Shown here piece by piece: positions 37,656 to 45,947 of a DNA stretch of 64,000 nt (within the stretch, counting starts at the first letter, position 1; the number at the start of each line of letters is the position of its first letter). A program made the position numbers and the translations under genes. The notes below the pieces were generated by a model. The model saw only the letters and a program-made list of their open reading frames with translations. It did not search any database and was not told the DNA's origin. Source of the stretch: Candidatus Woesearchaeota archaeon (GTDB taxonomy: Archaea; Nanobdellota; Nanobdellia; Woesearchaeales; JAGVYF01); NCBI GenBank assembly GCA_041650315.1, contig JBAZLJ010000001.1, forward strand, positions 5,947 to 69,946, given 5' to 3'.

Positions 37656-38186
37656 TTATGGCCTAATCCATCTTATTTCGTAATAAGTAACATCGCCTTC
37701 TGCGTCAACTATGCCTATCAAAAGACGTTTCTTTGTAGAATGCGCTACTCTGTTTTTAGCTGAGAATTCGTGCCAGGTCAATCCTGAACCTTCATGAACC
37801 GGATATACTATCCATTTAGCGTGATCATCGCCAGGTTTGACGCCTCTGTCGTATACTCTAAATTCTGCGCCGAATTTCAATGCAGTTTTGATTATGTATC
37901 CTCTTTCTCTTATATCTTTGAAAACGCAGTACTTTATCCAGAAATTCGGTTCAAGTTTCTGAGCTTTCTTCATGAATTTGTCGCTATCCATGGCTTTGTT
38001 CTTGCCATCTAGAATCTCGAGCTTGCCTTTTTCTAATAAGTAGAATGCTTCAATCAATGAAAGCTGAACTTTGCTGTTAAGTATGGTGCCGTATCTTCCT
38101 TGGTTATAGAACTCTCTAGCTAGATCTGAATTCTCTGTTACAACCCTTTCTCCCATGAAAGTGGATTTAACTATTGCATCTGCCAT
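37656..38186 (-). CDS. endA: tRNA-splicing endonuclease EndA (short, about 176 aa form)
   Basis: LSLIEAFYLLEKGKLEI, VFKDIRERGYIIKTALKFGAEFRVY, HAKWIVYPV, RVAHSTKKRLLIGIVD. Confidence 0.85.
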   Translation of the reverse strand: MADAIVKSTFMGERVVTENSDLAREFYNQGRYGTILNSKVQLSLIEAFYLLEKGKLEILDGKNKAMDSDKFMKKAQKLEPNFWIKYCVFKDIRERGYIIKTALKFGAEFRVYDRGVKPGDDHAKWIVYPVHEGSGLTWHEFSAKNRVAHSTKKRLLIGIVDAEGDVTYYEIRWIRP

Positions 38187-38278
38187 GGATTATTGAAAGC
38201 CAGAATCTATTTATAAATGTAACTACTGCAAGCTATATTTAGTTAAGTTTATAAAAGAAATTCAATATCAACAGACGT

Positions 38279-39178
38279 ATGGAAATCACATTCTTAGGCA
38301 CATCATGCATGGTGCCGACAAAGGAAAGGAACGTATCAGGCATTTTCCTTAGTTATAATACTGAAGGCATTCTTTTCGATTGCGGTGAAGGTACTCAACG
38401 TCAGATGAATATCTGCGGAATCAAAAGAACGCGCGTAACCAAGATTTTGGTCAGCCATTGGCATGGGGATCATGTGTCAGGAATAGTTGGGCTTCTTCAA
38501 ACGCTCGGTAATGAAGAGAATCTGCCGGAACTTGAAGTATATGGGCCAAAGGGAACTAGAGAATACATGAAGCATTTGATGAAATCATGTCAGTTTGATG
38601 TTCAAGTTAAATTGAAAATTGTCGAGCTCATGCCTAAGGGCGTTGAAACTTTTTTTGAAAATGAAGAATTTGAATTGCAGTGCGCTCAACTGGATCACAA
38701 TGCAACCTGTATTGGATTCTCTTTTGTTGAAAAAGATAGAAGGAAGATCAATGTCGCGTATCTGAAATCTATTAAAGTGCCGACTGGAGCTCATTTAAGG
38801 CAACTGCAAGCAGGAAAGTCAATAACATTCAAAGGAATAAAAGTACATCTTGAGAAAGCAACTACGCTTGTCAAAGGTAAGAAGATCACTTATGTCGCAG
38901 ACACTGCGCCGTGCGCTAATGCCGTGAAACTCGCAAAAGATGCGGATTTGCTCATATCTGAATCAGTATATACAAGCGAATTGGAAGAAAAAAGCGAGCA
39001 AAGGAAGCATATGACTTCAAAGGATGCTGCACAGATGGCAGATAAAGCCGGCGCGAAGAAATTGATATTGACACATTTTTCACAGAGATACAAAAATACT
39101 ATTGCTTTGCAAGAAGATGCGCAGAATTATTTTGATAATGTGGTCTGCGCAGAAGATTTCATGAAGATTAATCTTTAA
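38279..39178 (+). CDS. rnz: Ribonuclease Z (tRNA 3' endonuclease, metallo-beta-lactamase fold)
   Basis: FLGTS...P...RN; SHWHGDH; C-terminal LTHFSQRY. Confidence 0.85.
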   Translation: MEITFLGTSCMVPTKERNVSGIFLSYNTEGILFDCGEGTQRQMNICGIKRTRVTKILVSHWHGDHVSGIVGLLQTLGNEENLPELEVYGPKGTREYMKHLMKSCQFDVQVKLKIVELMPKGVETFFENEEFELQCAQLDHNATCIGFSFVEKDRRKINVAYLKSIKVPTGAHLRQLQAGKSITFKGIKVHLEKATTLVKGKKITYVADTAPCANAVKLAKDADLLISESVYTSELEEKSEQRKHMTSKDAAQMADKAGAKKLILTHFSQRYKNTIALQEDAQNYFDNVVCAEDFMKINL

Positions 39179-39207
39179 TTAGTGTAACTAATTGAATTCT
39201 CTTAGGT

Positions 39208-40506
39208 TTATCTTCTAAAAAAACTGAACAGACTTTTTTTGTTTTCGACGACTTCTTTTTTTGTAAGTTCATCCGGCCTCTCTTTTTGCCACTTAATCTT
39301 GGAATGGAGATTGTTATTCAATTCATGATCAAGTTCGTTCATATAACTGCTCAATTCGTTTGTTTTTTGCTCGATTTCTTTATGAATTTTGTGGACCGCT
39401 CTTTTTCTAGTGAAAGCAGTTGTTTGTTCAGGCAATGCGATTGACATAGATGAATTAGCTAATGGGTTTGTTGAAGGACGCGCGGATTGCAGATTGATAT
39501 CTTCATGGAGATTGCCTTGGATTTGGCTCTCTAATCTTTGCGCGAGCATTACTAAACGATCCATTTCAGATGGTTCTTCTTTTCTTGCTCTTTTCCAAGA
39601 TTTCGGAGCCGTCTCCTCTGGTTCTGTTTCAATCATCTCTTCCATCTCCGGCTCAGCAAGCACTTCATTATTGATCTTTATGCTTGACAATAGCTTGAAA
39701 GGCGCTGAAATAATCTCTGATAAAAATATAGCAACAGAGCTGCATAGGGTTGTTGCGAGGTTGGCAGCTCTGCTGCTAATAAATAAAAAGCCAGCCGATA
39801 CAAACCCAACAAGTTCGCGAAGACTGCTTTTTATTTGGTGGAAAACCCCTCTACTCAAGGTTGAGGTAGGAGTGTTAATGTGTATTGTCACTTTGTAAGT
39901 GAATATTTTATATCCAGTATATGCTAGGAATATTATAACATTTTCAATACCTGATTTTATCACAATGATTCCTGAATATAGCACTGATAACATTTCTTTG
40001 AATGCATGAACTTCAATCTCTTTCTTCAATTGAATTTTTGCTTCGACTTTGAGAGTCTTTTTGGCTGCTTTTTTCTCAAAAGATAATTTTGATACCCCCA
40101 ACTTAAGCGATACCAAAAAGAGATTCATCAAAGTCTTGACTAACTGAATGAGTTTGACATCATTTCCGCTGTATCTGAGATATGCGAACAATATCACTAT
40201 CTTTATCAGAAGCAAGAATGGCAGATATTGCGAGGAGGTGTTGACTGATTCAATCGCTGATTCAATATATGGGGCTGAGAAATAACTCATCCCTGCCAAT
40301 GTGGAATCCACCATTCTTTCTGCATCTGATGTATACGCCAAAATCGCTGATTTTACCTCTCGGGGATGCGTGTCTATGCCAAGCGCCGCGAATCCCGTGA
40401 TAGGATTGTAATATTTCAGGAGTATTATCCCTAGTGAGATGATGAATATGACAAACGCCACAAGCAAGGTCTTGTAATCTTCATTTTTTAGATTTTCATT
40501 TACCAT
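39208..40506 (-). CDS. Hypothetical multi-pass membrane protein with a charged C-terminal tail
   Basis: Hydrophobic segments (LLVAFVIFIISLGIILL, PFLLLIKIVILFAYL and others). Start taken at MVNENLK (40506); the track ORF starts at 40545. The start overlaps the stop of the upstream HTH gene. Confidence 0.55.
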   Translation of the reverse strand: MVNENLKNEDYKTLLVAFVIFIISLGIILLKYYNPITGFAALGIDTHPREVKSAILAYTSDAERMVDSTLAGMSYFSAPYIESAIESVNTSSQYLPFLLLIKIVILFAYLRYSGNDVKLIQLVKTLMNLFLVSLKLGVSKLSFEKKAAKKTLKVEAKIQLKKEIEVHAFKEMLSVLYSGIIVIKSGIENVIIFLAYTGYKIFTYKVTIHINTPTSTLSRGVFHQIKSSLRELVGFVSAGFLFISSRAANLATTLCSSVAIFLSEIISAPFKLLSSIKINNEVLAEPEMEEMIETEPEETAPKSWKRARKEEPSEMDRLVMLAQRLESQIQGNLHEDINLQSARPSTNPLANSSMSIALPEQTTAFTRKRAVHKIHKEIEQKTNELSSYMNELDHELNNNLHSKIKWQKERPDELTKKEVVENKKSLFSFFRR

Positions 40507-40978
40507 TTTCTGACCTCCTATAAACTGTTGAGATTGTGGTTTCACTTCTGTTCAATGTTGAAGCAATTTTATGATTCTGCCAGCTTTGATTTTTTAAGAA
40601 AAGCACTATTGATTCAAGCAGTGAACTTTTTTCTTTGAATATTGAAATTGGAAGTGGCATTATTGAATGTGGGATTTCAAATCTGATTTTCATCCTAGAT
40701 TTTGACTGTTCATAGGCAGACCATGTGCTTCTTGGATCTTTGTTTAGAGAATCAGAAATCTCTTTGTTGGACATATCCAAATTTTCTTTCATGAATTTCA
40801 CTAACGCTTGTTGTACACTTAAGGAGCGATCAGCAAAAATTTCCAATGGGACAAAATTCTTCTCTGCATGAATCAGAATAGAAATTATATCTTGTGAATT
40901 TACATTGAATTCAGACTTGAGATTATCAAGAAGGCGTAAAATTGATTTATTTTTCTCTGATTTAATCAAATCTGTCAT
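40496..40978 (-). CDS. Tandem-HTH small DNA-binding protein, paralogue of 15381-15869
   Basis: Two repeats: VPLEIFADRSLSVQQALVKFMKENLDMSNKEISDSLNKDPRSTWSAYEQSK and LPISIFKEKSSLLESIVLFLKNQSWQNHKIASTLNRSETTISTVYRRS. Confidence 0.65.
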   Translation of the reverse strand: MTDLIKSEKNKSILRLLDNLKSEFNVNSQDIISILIHAEKNFVPLEIFADRSLSVQQALVKFMKENLDMSNKEISDSLNKDPRSTWSAYEQSKSRMKIRFEIPHSIMPLPISIFKEKSSLLESIVLFLKNQSWQNHKIASTLNRSETTISTVYRRSENGK

Positions 40979-40984
40979 ACTAAT

Positions 40985-41133
40985 ATCTATTTTGGTAGAA
41001 CTTATTTATATATTTTTCTATTAAACTTAGTATTTTATTGATTTTAATTGGATTATTTATTATTTTAATCTATTTCTGTAGCTATTTAAAACTTATCTGT
41101 TGAATTTTATTGCATCTAAATCTATTTATGTAG
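40985..41133. promoter_or_regulatory. Three copies of the 14-mer ATCTATTTN(T/G)GTAG upstream of the second tandem-HTH gene
   Basis: ATCTATTTTGGTAG at 40985-40998, ATCTATTTCTGTAG at 41068-41081, ATCTATTTATGTAG at 41120-41133. Confidence 0.45.
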
Positions 41134-41199
41134 TAAATTTATCTATTAAAACTCATTAGGTAACGGATTAAATTAAAAATTAAAAGAAAAAGTAGCGAC

Positions 41200-41634
41200 T
41201 TAAGCCGGAGCTTTTTCGTCGACTTCTACTTTAGGTAATGGAATTGGTGTTGGTAAGTTCAAATCCCTGCTTAAGATGATTGCTTGGATATTGCATTTGC
41301 TAAGCGCGGTCTGAAGCACTTGCATAGTCATCTCTTTGCTCAATTTTTTGCTTTTGTCCCAATCTTTGACGATGTCTTTTACTTTAGCATCCTGCTCTAG
41401 CAATAGAACTTCTCCTTCTAGATCGAGATTCGCCAATTTTTCCTTAGCTTCATTTGAATATACAACGCCATACTCAAAAGCTACTTTAAGGCCTGATTGT
41501 TTAGCACTGCCTAATGAAAGGTCTTTATTCTCTACTCCTTTGATAGAGATGTTGTTATTAATGCTAATTTTACCTTGCAAAGGTTTTGCTCTTTCAACGT
41601 TAATCTTATTGAAGTTAAATCCTACAACTGTCAT
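41200..41634 (-). CDS. Hypothetical protein
   Basis: 144-aa ORF with no family recognised. Confidence 0.45.
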   Translation of the reverse strand: MTVVGFNFNKINVERAKPLQGKISINNNISIKGVENKDLSLGSAKQSGLKVAFEYGVVYSNEAKEKLANLDLEGEVLLLEQDAKVKDIVKDWDKSKKLSKEMTMQVLQTALSKCNIQAIILSRDLNLPTPIPLPKVEVDEKAPA

Positions 41635-41705
41635 GATATCACCGCACTAAAAAATCCAAAACTACTATTTAAAGATTTATGTGATAATGATACATATAAT
41701 GAGAG

Positions 41706-41915
41706 TAAGTCATGAGGGTATATCCAGAATGCTCATTTTCACAAGAACTGCATAGCAGTTCTGTGCACAGGAGCACAAATGCTCCTTGTGCATTCGCCAA
41801 TGTCACTTCACATCTACTTTTTAAATTATATTTGCAGAATAAATTCTGCCGATTATGACTAAGTAGAGTATGTTCAGTATAGACATTGGTTCCATTCTGG
41901 ATACACCTAAGTCAT
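41706..41915. mobile_element. MITE-like / structured element with 15-bp terminal inverted repeats flanked by an 8-bp direct repeat
   Basis: TAAGTCAT at 41706-41713 and 41908-41915. GGTATATCCAGAATG (41717-41731) versus the reverse complement of CATTCTGGATACACC (41893-41907), 14/15 match. Internal hairpins AGAACTGC-ATA-GCAGTTCT, TGCACA(G)GAGCA-CAAA-TGCTCCTTGTGCA and GCAGAAT-AA-ATTCTGC. Confidence 0.45.
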
Positions 41916-41953
41916 AATATAGATTTATATATTATTGAAACTATTAACTTTTG

Positions 41954-42418
41954 ATGATACAATTATATCTGATACTTGCGCTTGCTTCTTTCCTAGGATT
42001 TATTTTCGGTATAATCTTAGCGAAGATTGCGCCCGAAGAATTGGATGATAATGCACCATGGTCTATTCGGATCCAGGATTTTTTATTTTTGGTCATGGTG
42101 GTATTGCTCGGTTATTATAATCTAGAAAATTATGCGGCGATTGTGCTTTTAGTTATGTTGCCATTATATTGGCTCAAAGACCAGAATTCTAAACTATTGG
42201 AGTATGCAATGCTTGGCGTGTTGTTTGGAATCGCATACTTTACTCAAGCATTCAATATTTTCGTCACTTTATTATTTGTATATACTATCGCTTCAGGAAA
42301 TCTTATGGCGCAGAGGCTGCATAAAATTTCTTTCAAAAGAATGTTTAAAGAAGTATCAATAAGGCTTATCTTTTTTTTAATCGGCGCTCTTCTACCATTT
42401 TACCTCACGTATTTTTAG
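41954..42418 (+). CDS. Hypothetical integral membrane protein
   Basis: Four to five hydrophobic helices; ATG one codon after the track's TTG. Confidence 0.5.
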   Translation: MIQLYLILALASFLGFIFGIILAKIAPEELDDNAPWSIRIQDFLFLVMVVLLGYYNLENYAAIVLLVMLPLYWLKDQNSKLLEYAMLGVLFGIAYFTQAFNIFVTLLFVYTIASGNLMAQRLHKISFKRMFKEVSIRLIFFLIGALLPFYLTYF

Positions 42419-42916
42419 ATAGAATCCGATATGGTTCGCAATTATTTTAATTATTAAAGTCAATGCTATGATAAGGCCTACTTGAGCCAATGAGTAATCC
42501 ATAATCCAGCTAGTGAAAAGCATAGCACCAATCACTGCATCCAGTTGATCTGCAAGATACATAGGAGTTCCAGCTGGAATGTTCATTCTTCTTTTGAAGA
42601 AAGATTTAACTAAATCTCCGAAAATTGCGCCTGATGATAACAGAAAACCAAATAATAAATTATATTCGCTGTAAATTATCATGCTGTCTATATTGATAAC
42701 TTGTTGAAAATAGAAAGTAATTGTGCCTACTAGAAGGCTAGCGATGATTCCGCGGATGGTTTTGTGCGGGCCGAGGATTTCTTTACCCCGTAATCTGCGC
42801 CCTTTATCCAATGGTTTGTCTAATGATAGCAATTTATTTTTGAAGAATACCGGCGCCATGTCTGCAAAGTACACTGGCAGCAGAAAATAAAGCAATTTCA
42901 AAATTGAGATTAGCAT
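42392..42916 (-). CDS. carS: CDP-archaeol synthase CarS (DUF46 family)
   Basis: LPVYFADMAPVF, PLDKG..LRGKEILGPHKTIRG, GAIFGDLVKSFFKRRMNIPAG, LADQLDAV. Confidence 0.75.
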   Translation of the reverse strand: MLISILKLLYFLLPVYFADMAPVFFKNKLLSLDKPLDKGRRLRGKEILGPHKTIRGIIASLLVGTITFYFQQVINIDSMIIYSEYNLLFGFLLSSGAIFGDLVKSFFKRRMNIPAGTPMYLADQLDAVIGAMLFTSWIMDYSLAQVGLIIALTLIIKIIANHIGFYLKIREVKW

Positions 42917-43029
42917 AGTCTAAGACAATGTGTCCATCTTTAATAAATTTTGCCAAAAATCGGCGGTATGAAGTTATGTACTTATTTACGAAACGTTTAT
43001 AAAGCTAATTTAGATTTCATAACGCAAAT

Positions 43030-43101
43030 GTCCCAGTAGCTTAGCGGTGGAGCGTGTGGCTGTTAACCACAAGGTCGTCAGTTCGAATCTGGCCTGGGAC
43101 G
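43030..43101 (+). tRNA. tRNA-Asn(GTT), uninterrupted
   Basis: Acceptor GTCCCAG/CTGGGAC, anticodon arm TGTGG-CTGTTAA-CCACA, T arm GTCAG-TTCGAAT-CTGGC. Confidence 0.85.
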
Positions 43102-43119
43102 CTCGTTTTACTACGATAT

Positions 43120-43234
43120 GGACCCGTAGCTTAGCCTGGTGGAGCACACGACTGATAATCGTGCGGTCCGGAGTTCAAACATGCTCGCTGAGAGCTCGCA
43201 GCTTTCAACAGCTTTGAAAGTCTCCGCGGGTCCA
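43120..43234 (+). tRNA. tRNA-Ile(GAT) with a 41-nt intron in the T-loop (59/60; intron 43180-43220)
   Basis: Acceptor GGACCCG/CGGGTCC, discriminator A, anticodon arm CACGA-CTGATAA-TCGTG, T stem CGGAG...CTCCG separated by TTCAAA + 41 nt + T. BHB traced by hand (see findings). Confidence 0.8.
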
Positions 43235-43291
43235 TTCCTTTTCTTAATTTGTTCATAACTTTTATATATTGCAGAATCGAATATCTTAATC

Positions 43292-45217
43292 ATGGCAGTT
43301 TACGATACTGGGTATTTCCATACCTTGGACAGGGAATATGAATTATTCAATAATTTCAGCGGCGGGAAGAAGAGTGACAAGCAGCTTGCTGAGCCTTTAC
43401 TAAGAGTGGATCAGATAGGAACGAGCGTTGCTGAAGGCAGAGAAGGTGGAGGCAGATTCAGGCAGACAGTCCTTGCTGCTATGAGCAAAGGTGTACGCGA
43501 AATTGAACTTTCTATGAGTCCAAGCAATGTGCAGTCTGGCCCATCAAGTTATTCTGAGCAAGAGAAGGAAGAGTTGCGTGAAATGGCTAGGCTCAATAGA
43601 GTGAGATTCACAAGCACGCATGTTTCGCCAACTTCTGTAGGTAATCTTTCCGGTCTTGGTCAACGTGGTTTTTCTGAGGAAGAAAGGCAGAGGCAGTTGA
43701 ACGAGATAAAGCAAGCGATACATTTCGCAGCAGAAACTGCATTAGGCGGAGCTGTTGTAGTTCATACTGGCGAGTTTCCAAGAGATTTCTCTAAATATGA
43801 AAGTCAAGGATTTATGGAGTTCGCAGGCGATGGCGGTAAAAAAGAAAGAATACATCACTTTGTAGATAAAAGGACTGGCGAGATAATTCATACTGTAAAA
43901 GAAGACGCTGTCAATTATGAATTTGAATATCTCGGCAAGGATGGCAAATCTGTAAAAGATCCTAAGCAAGCACAAGTTGATAATTTTGATCACCCTATAC
44001 TTTTCCGCGATGATAAAGGCAATTATAAGGCCTATGAACGGAATTGGGACGACTATAAATCCGCGGCCAAGGAATTGGAGAAAGAAGGTAAGAAAGTATT
44101 GGCTGAAGAATTGTTCTTCAAAGATACAATGAGGACTGCAAAGGAGAAGGCAGAGAGCCAAGCTAAAGATTTCGGAGCGAGATATGAAGAAGAGAAAATA
44201 CATCAATCGAAGATTCTTAGAGATTATGATAATCTTTTGAAGATCCGTGATTTGAGTCCTGATAAAATGAAAGCCGAGGCTGAAGATAGAATACAAGAGG
44301 TTGTTGGGGAATCTAACATCACCAATGAACAAGCAGTCAAAAGGCTTGAATCCTTAAAAGAGAATGTGCAAAAGAAGATGGATTCATTGTATGAAGCGAT
44401 GGTATCAACGAATAGAAAAGTAAAGGAATTAGAACGCGTTCAAGAAATGACTGTACCAATTAGTAGGTATGCGACTGTGAAGAGCGCAGAATCATTGGCA
44501 TTATTAGGTATAGAAGCGATGAAAGAAACAGAATGGGCTAAAAAGAAGTTTGAAGGCAAAGAGAGAGTGCAAGAAATCTTTATCGCGCCTGAAAATATAT
44601 TCCCTGAGATGGGTTATGGAAGCCATCCTGAAGAGTTAGCGCAGATGGTTATTGATTCTAGAAAAGAGATGACTAGGATACTTAAATCTCAAGGAGTTGA
44701 TGGTAAAGAAGCCGAGAAACAAGCTGAATCGCATATCAAGGCAACTTTGGATACCGAACACGTAGGGATGTGGAAAAGGTTCTTTCAGAGAAAGCCCGGT
44801 GATAGTATTGAGGAATATGATAAAAAATTCAATTCTTGGTATGTTGATCAGATTGAGAAATTAGCTGAGAAAAAAGTATTGGGTCATATTCATCTTGCAG
44901 ACGGGTTTGGTATGGGGCATGCAAATCTTCCGCCAGGGTCAGGTATATTGCCTATCAAAGATGCTGTGCAGAAACTTAAAGAGAAAGGGTTCGGCGGCAC
45001 ATTTGAATCTGAAGGGTATGGCGATCCTTTAAAACAGGAAACTGGCGCTTGGACTTATTTCGGCAGTCCTATTTATGCGATGGGCGGCAAAAATCAGCAA
45101 TACTTCAATAAGATACATGAAAAATATTCAATGGTGCCAACTCCTTATAGAGAAGTGACTCCACCATATTATCCATCCGAGGATTGGAAAGTTTGGAGCG
45201 AAATACCTCTTGATTAA
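43292..45217 (+). CDS. Xylose-isomerase-like TIM-barrel (AP endonuclease family 2-like) protein split by a long K/E-rich insertion
   Basis: N-terminal part REIELSMSP...AIHFAAETALGGAVVVHTGEF. C-terminal part LGHIHLADGFGMGHANLPPGSGILPIKDAVQKLKEKGFGG. About 300 aa of charged helical sequence lies between them. Confidence 0.5.
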   Translation: MAVYDTGYFHTLDREYELFNNFSGGKKSDKQLAEPLLRVDQIGTSVAEGREGGGRFRQTVLAAMSKGVREIELSMSPSNVQSGPSSYSEQEKEELREMARLNRVRFTSTHVSPTSVGNLSGLGQRGFSEEERQRQLNEIKQAIHFAAETALGGAVVVHTGEFPRDFSKYESQGFMEFAGDGGKKERIHHFVDKRTGEIIHTVKEDAVNYEFEYLGKDGKSVKDPKQAQVDNFDHPILFRDDKGNYKAYERNWDDYKSAAKELEKEGKKVLAEELFFKDTMRTAKEKAESQAKDFGARYEEEKIHQSKILRDYDNLLKIRDLSPDKMKAEAEDRIQEVVGESNITNEQAVKRLESLKENVQKKMDSLYEAMVSTNRKVKELERVQEMTVPISRYATVKSAESLALLGIEAMKETEWAKKKFEGKERVQEIFIAPENIFPEMGYGSHPEELAQMVIDSRKEMTRILKSQGVDGKEAEKQAESHIKATLDTEHVGMWKRFFQRKPGDSIEEYDKKFNSWYVDQIEKLAEKKVLGHIHLADGFGMGHANLPPGSGILPIKDAVQKLKEKGFGGTFESEGYGDPLKQETGAWTYFGSPIYAMGGKNQQYFNKIHEKYSMVPTPYREVTPPYYPSEDWKVWSEIPLD

Positions 45218-45315
45218 ACATTTGATTAAGCATTAGTCAGATATAGGTTTGACCACAATAAACAATATAAACGGCGATTCTTTCTTTTTGATGGGGGTAT
45301 CATGGGTAATTAATC

Positions 45316-45912
45316 ATGGACAATAACGAGATACAGGAATATATAGGAAAAGGCTATCTTCATGCACGTGTGATTATCGAGATAATCGGCACGCCAAAAG
45401 AGCATGTAGAAAAGACTTTACACGATTATGTTGACGCCATCTGTAAAAGCGATTCTATTAAAGTCATCGAGAAAGAATTCGCATCAGCTGAGAAACAAGA
45501 GCAGGAGATGTGGAGCACTTTTGTAGAACTTGAATTCATGATAAAAGGGGTTTCTAAGTTAATTGGTTTCTGCTTTGATTATATGCCTGCATCAATCGAG
45601 ATACTAGGACCAGAACATATTGTCTTTAGCCATAGACTCACTACCGAAATAGTCAATGATTTACAGGCAAAATTGCATAAGATGGATGCAATATTGAAGA
45701 ATATCGATATGGAAAATAAATTCCTTAAGAAGAATATGCATTATACTGTATTGAATCTTATAGCTGTCGCATTGCATGGCAGGAAGCTTTCTGATGAAGA
45801 ATTATCTAAAATAACAGGTATTCCACCAGAAGGTTTAAATCCTTTCTTAGATATATTAATAAATGAGAAAAAGATAAAAAAGGAAGATGCTAAGTATAGC
45901 TTAGCATTGTAA
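45316..45912 (+). CDS. Hypothetical protein with a C-terminal winged-helix-like segment
   Basis: 198 aa. LSDEELSKITGIPPEGLNPFLDILINEKKIKKE. Confidence 0.45.
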   Translation: MDNNEIQEYIGKGYLHARVIIEIIGTPKEHVEKTLHDYVDAICKSDSIKVIEKEFASAEKQEQEMWSTFVELEFMIKGVSKLIGFCFDYMPASIEILGPEHIVFSHRLTTEIVNDLQAKLHKMDAILKNIDMENKFLKKNMHYTVLNLIAVALHGRKLSDEELSKITGIPPEGLNPFLDILINEKKIKKEDAKYSLAL

Positions 45913-45947
45913 TCATTTAATCATCATTTAGTAATATTTGATCAAAA

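Noticed and set aside
43111-43293. 60-aa minus-strand ORF
   Set aside because: It is antisense to the tRNA-Ile gene and its intron.
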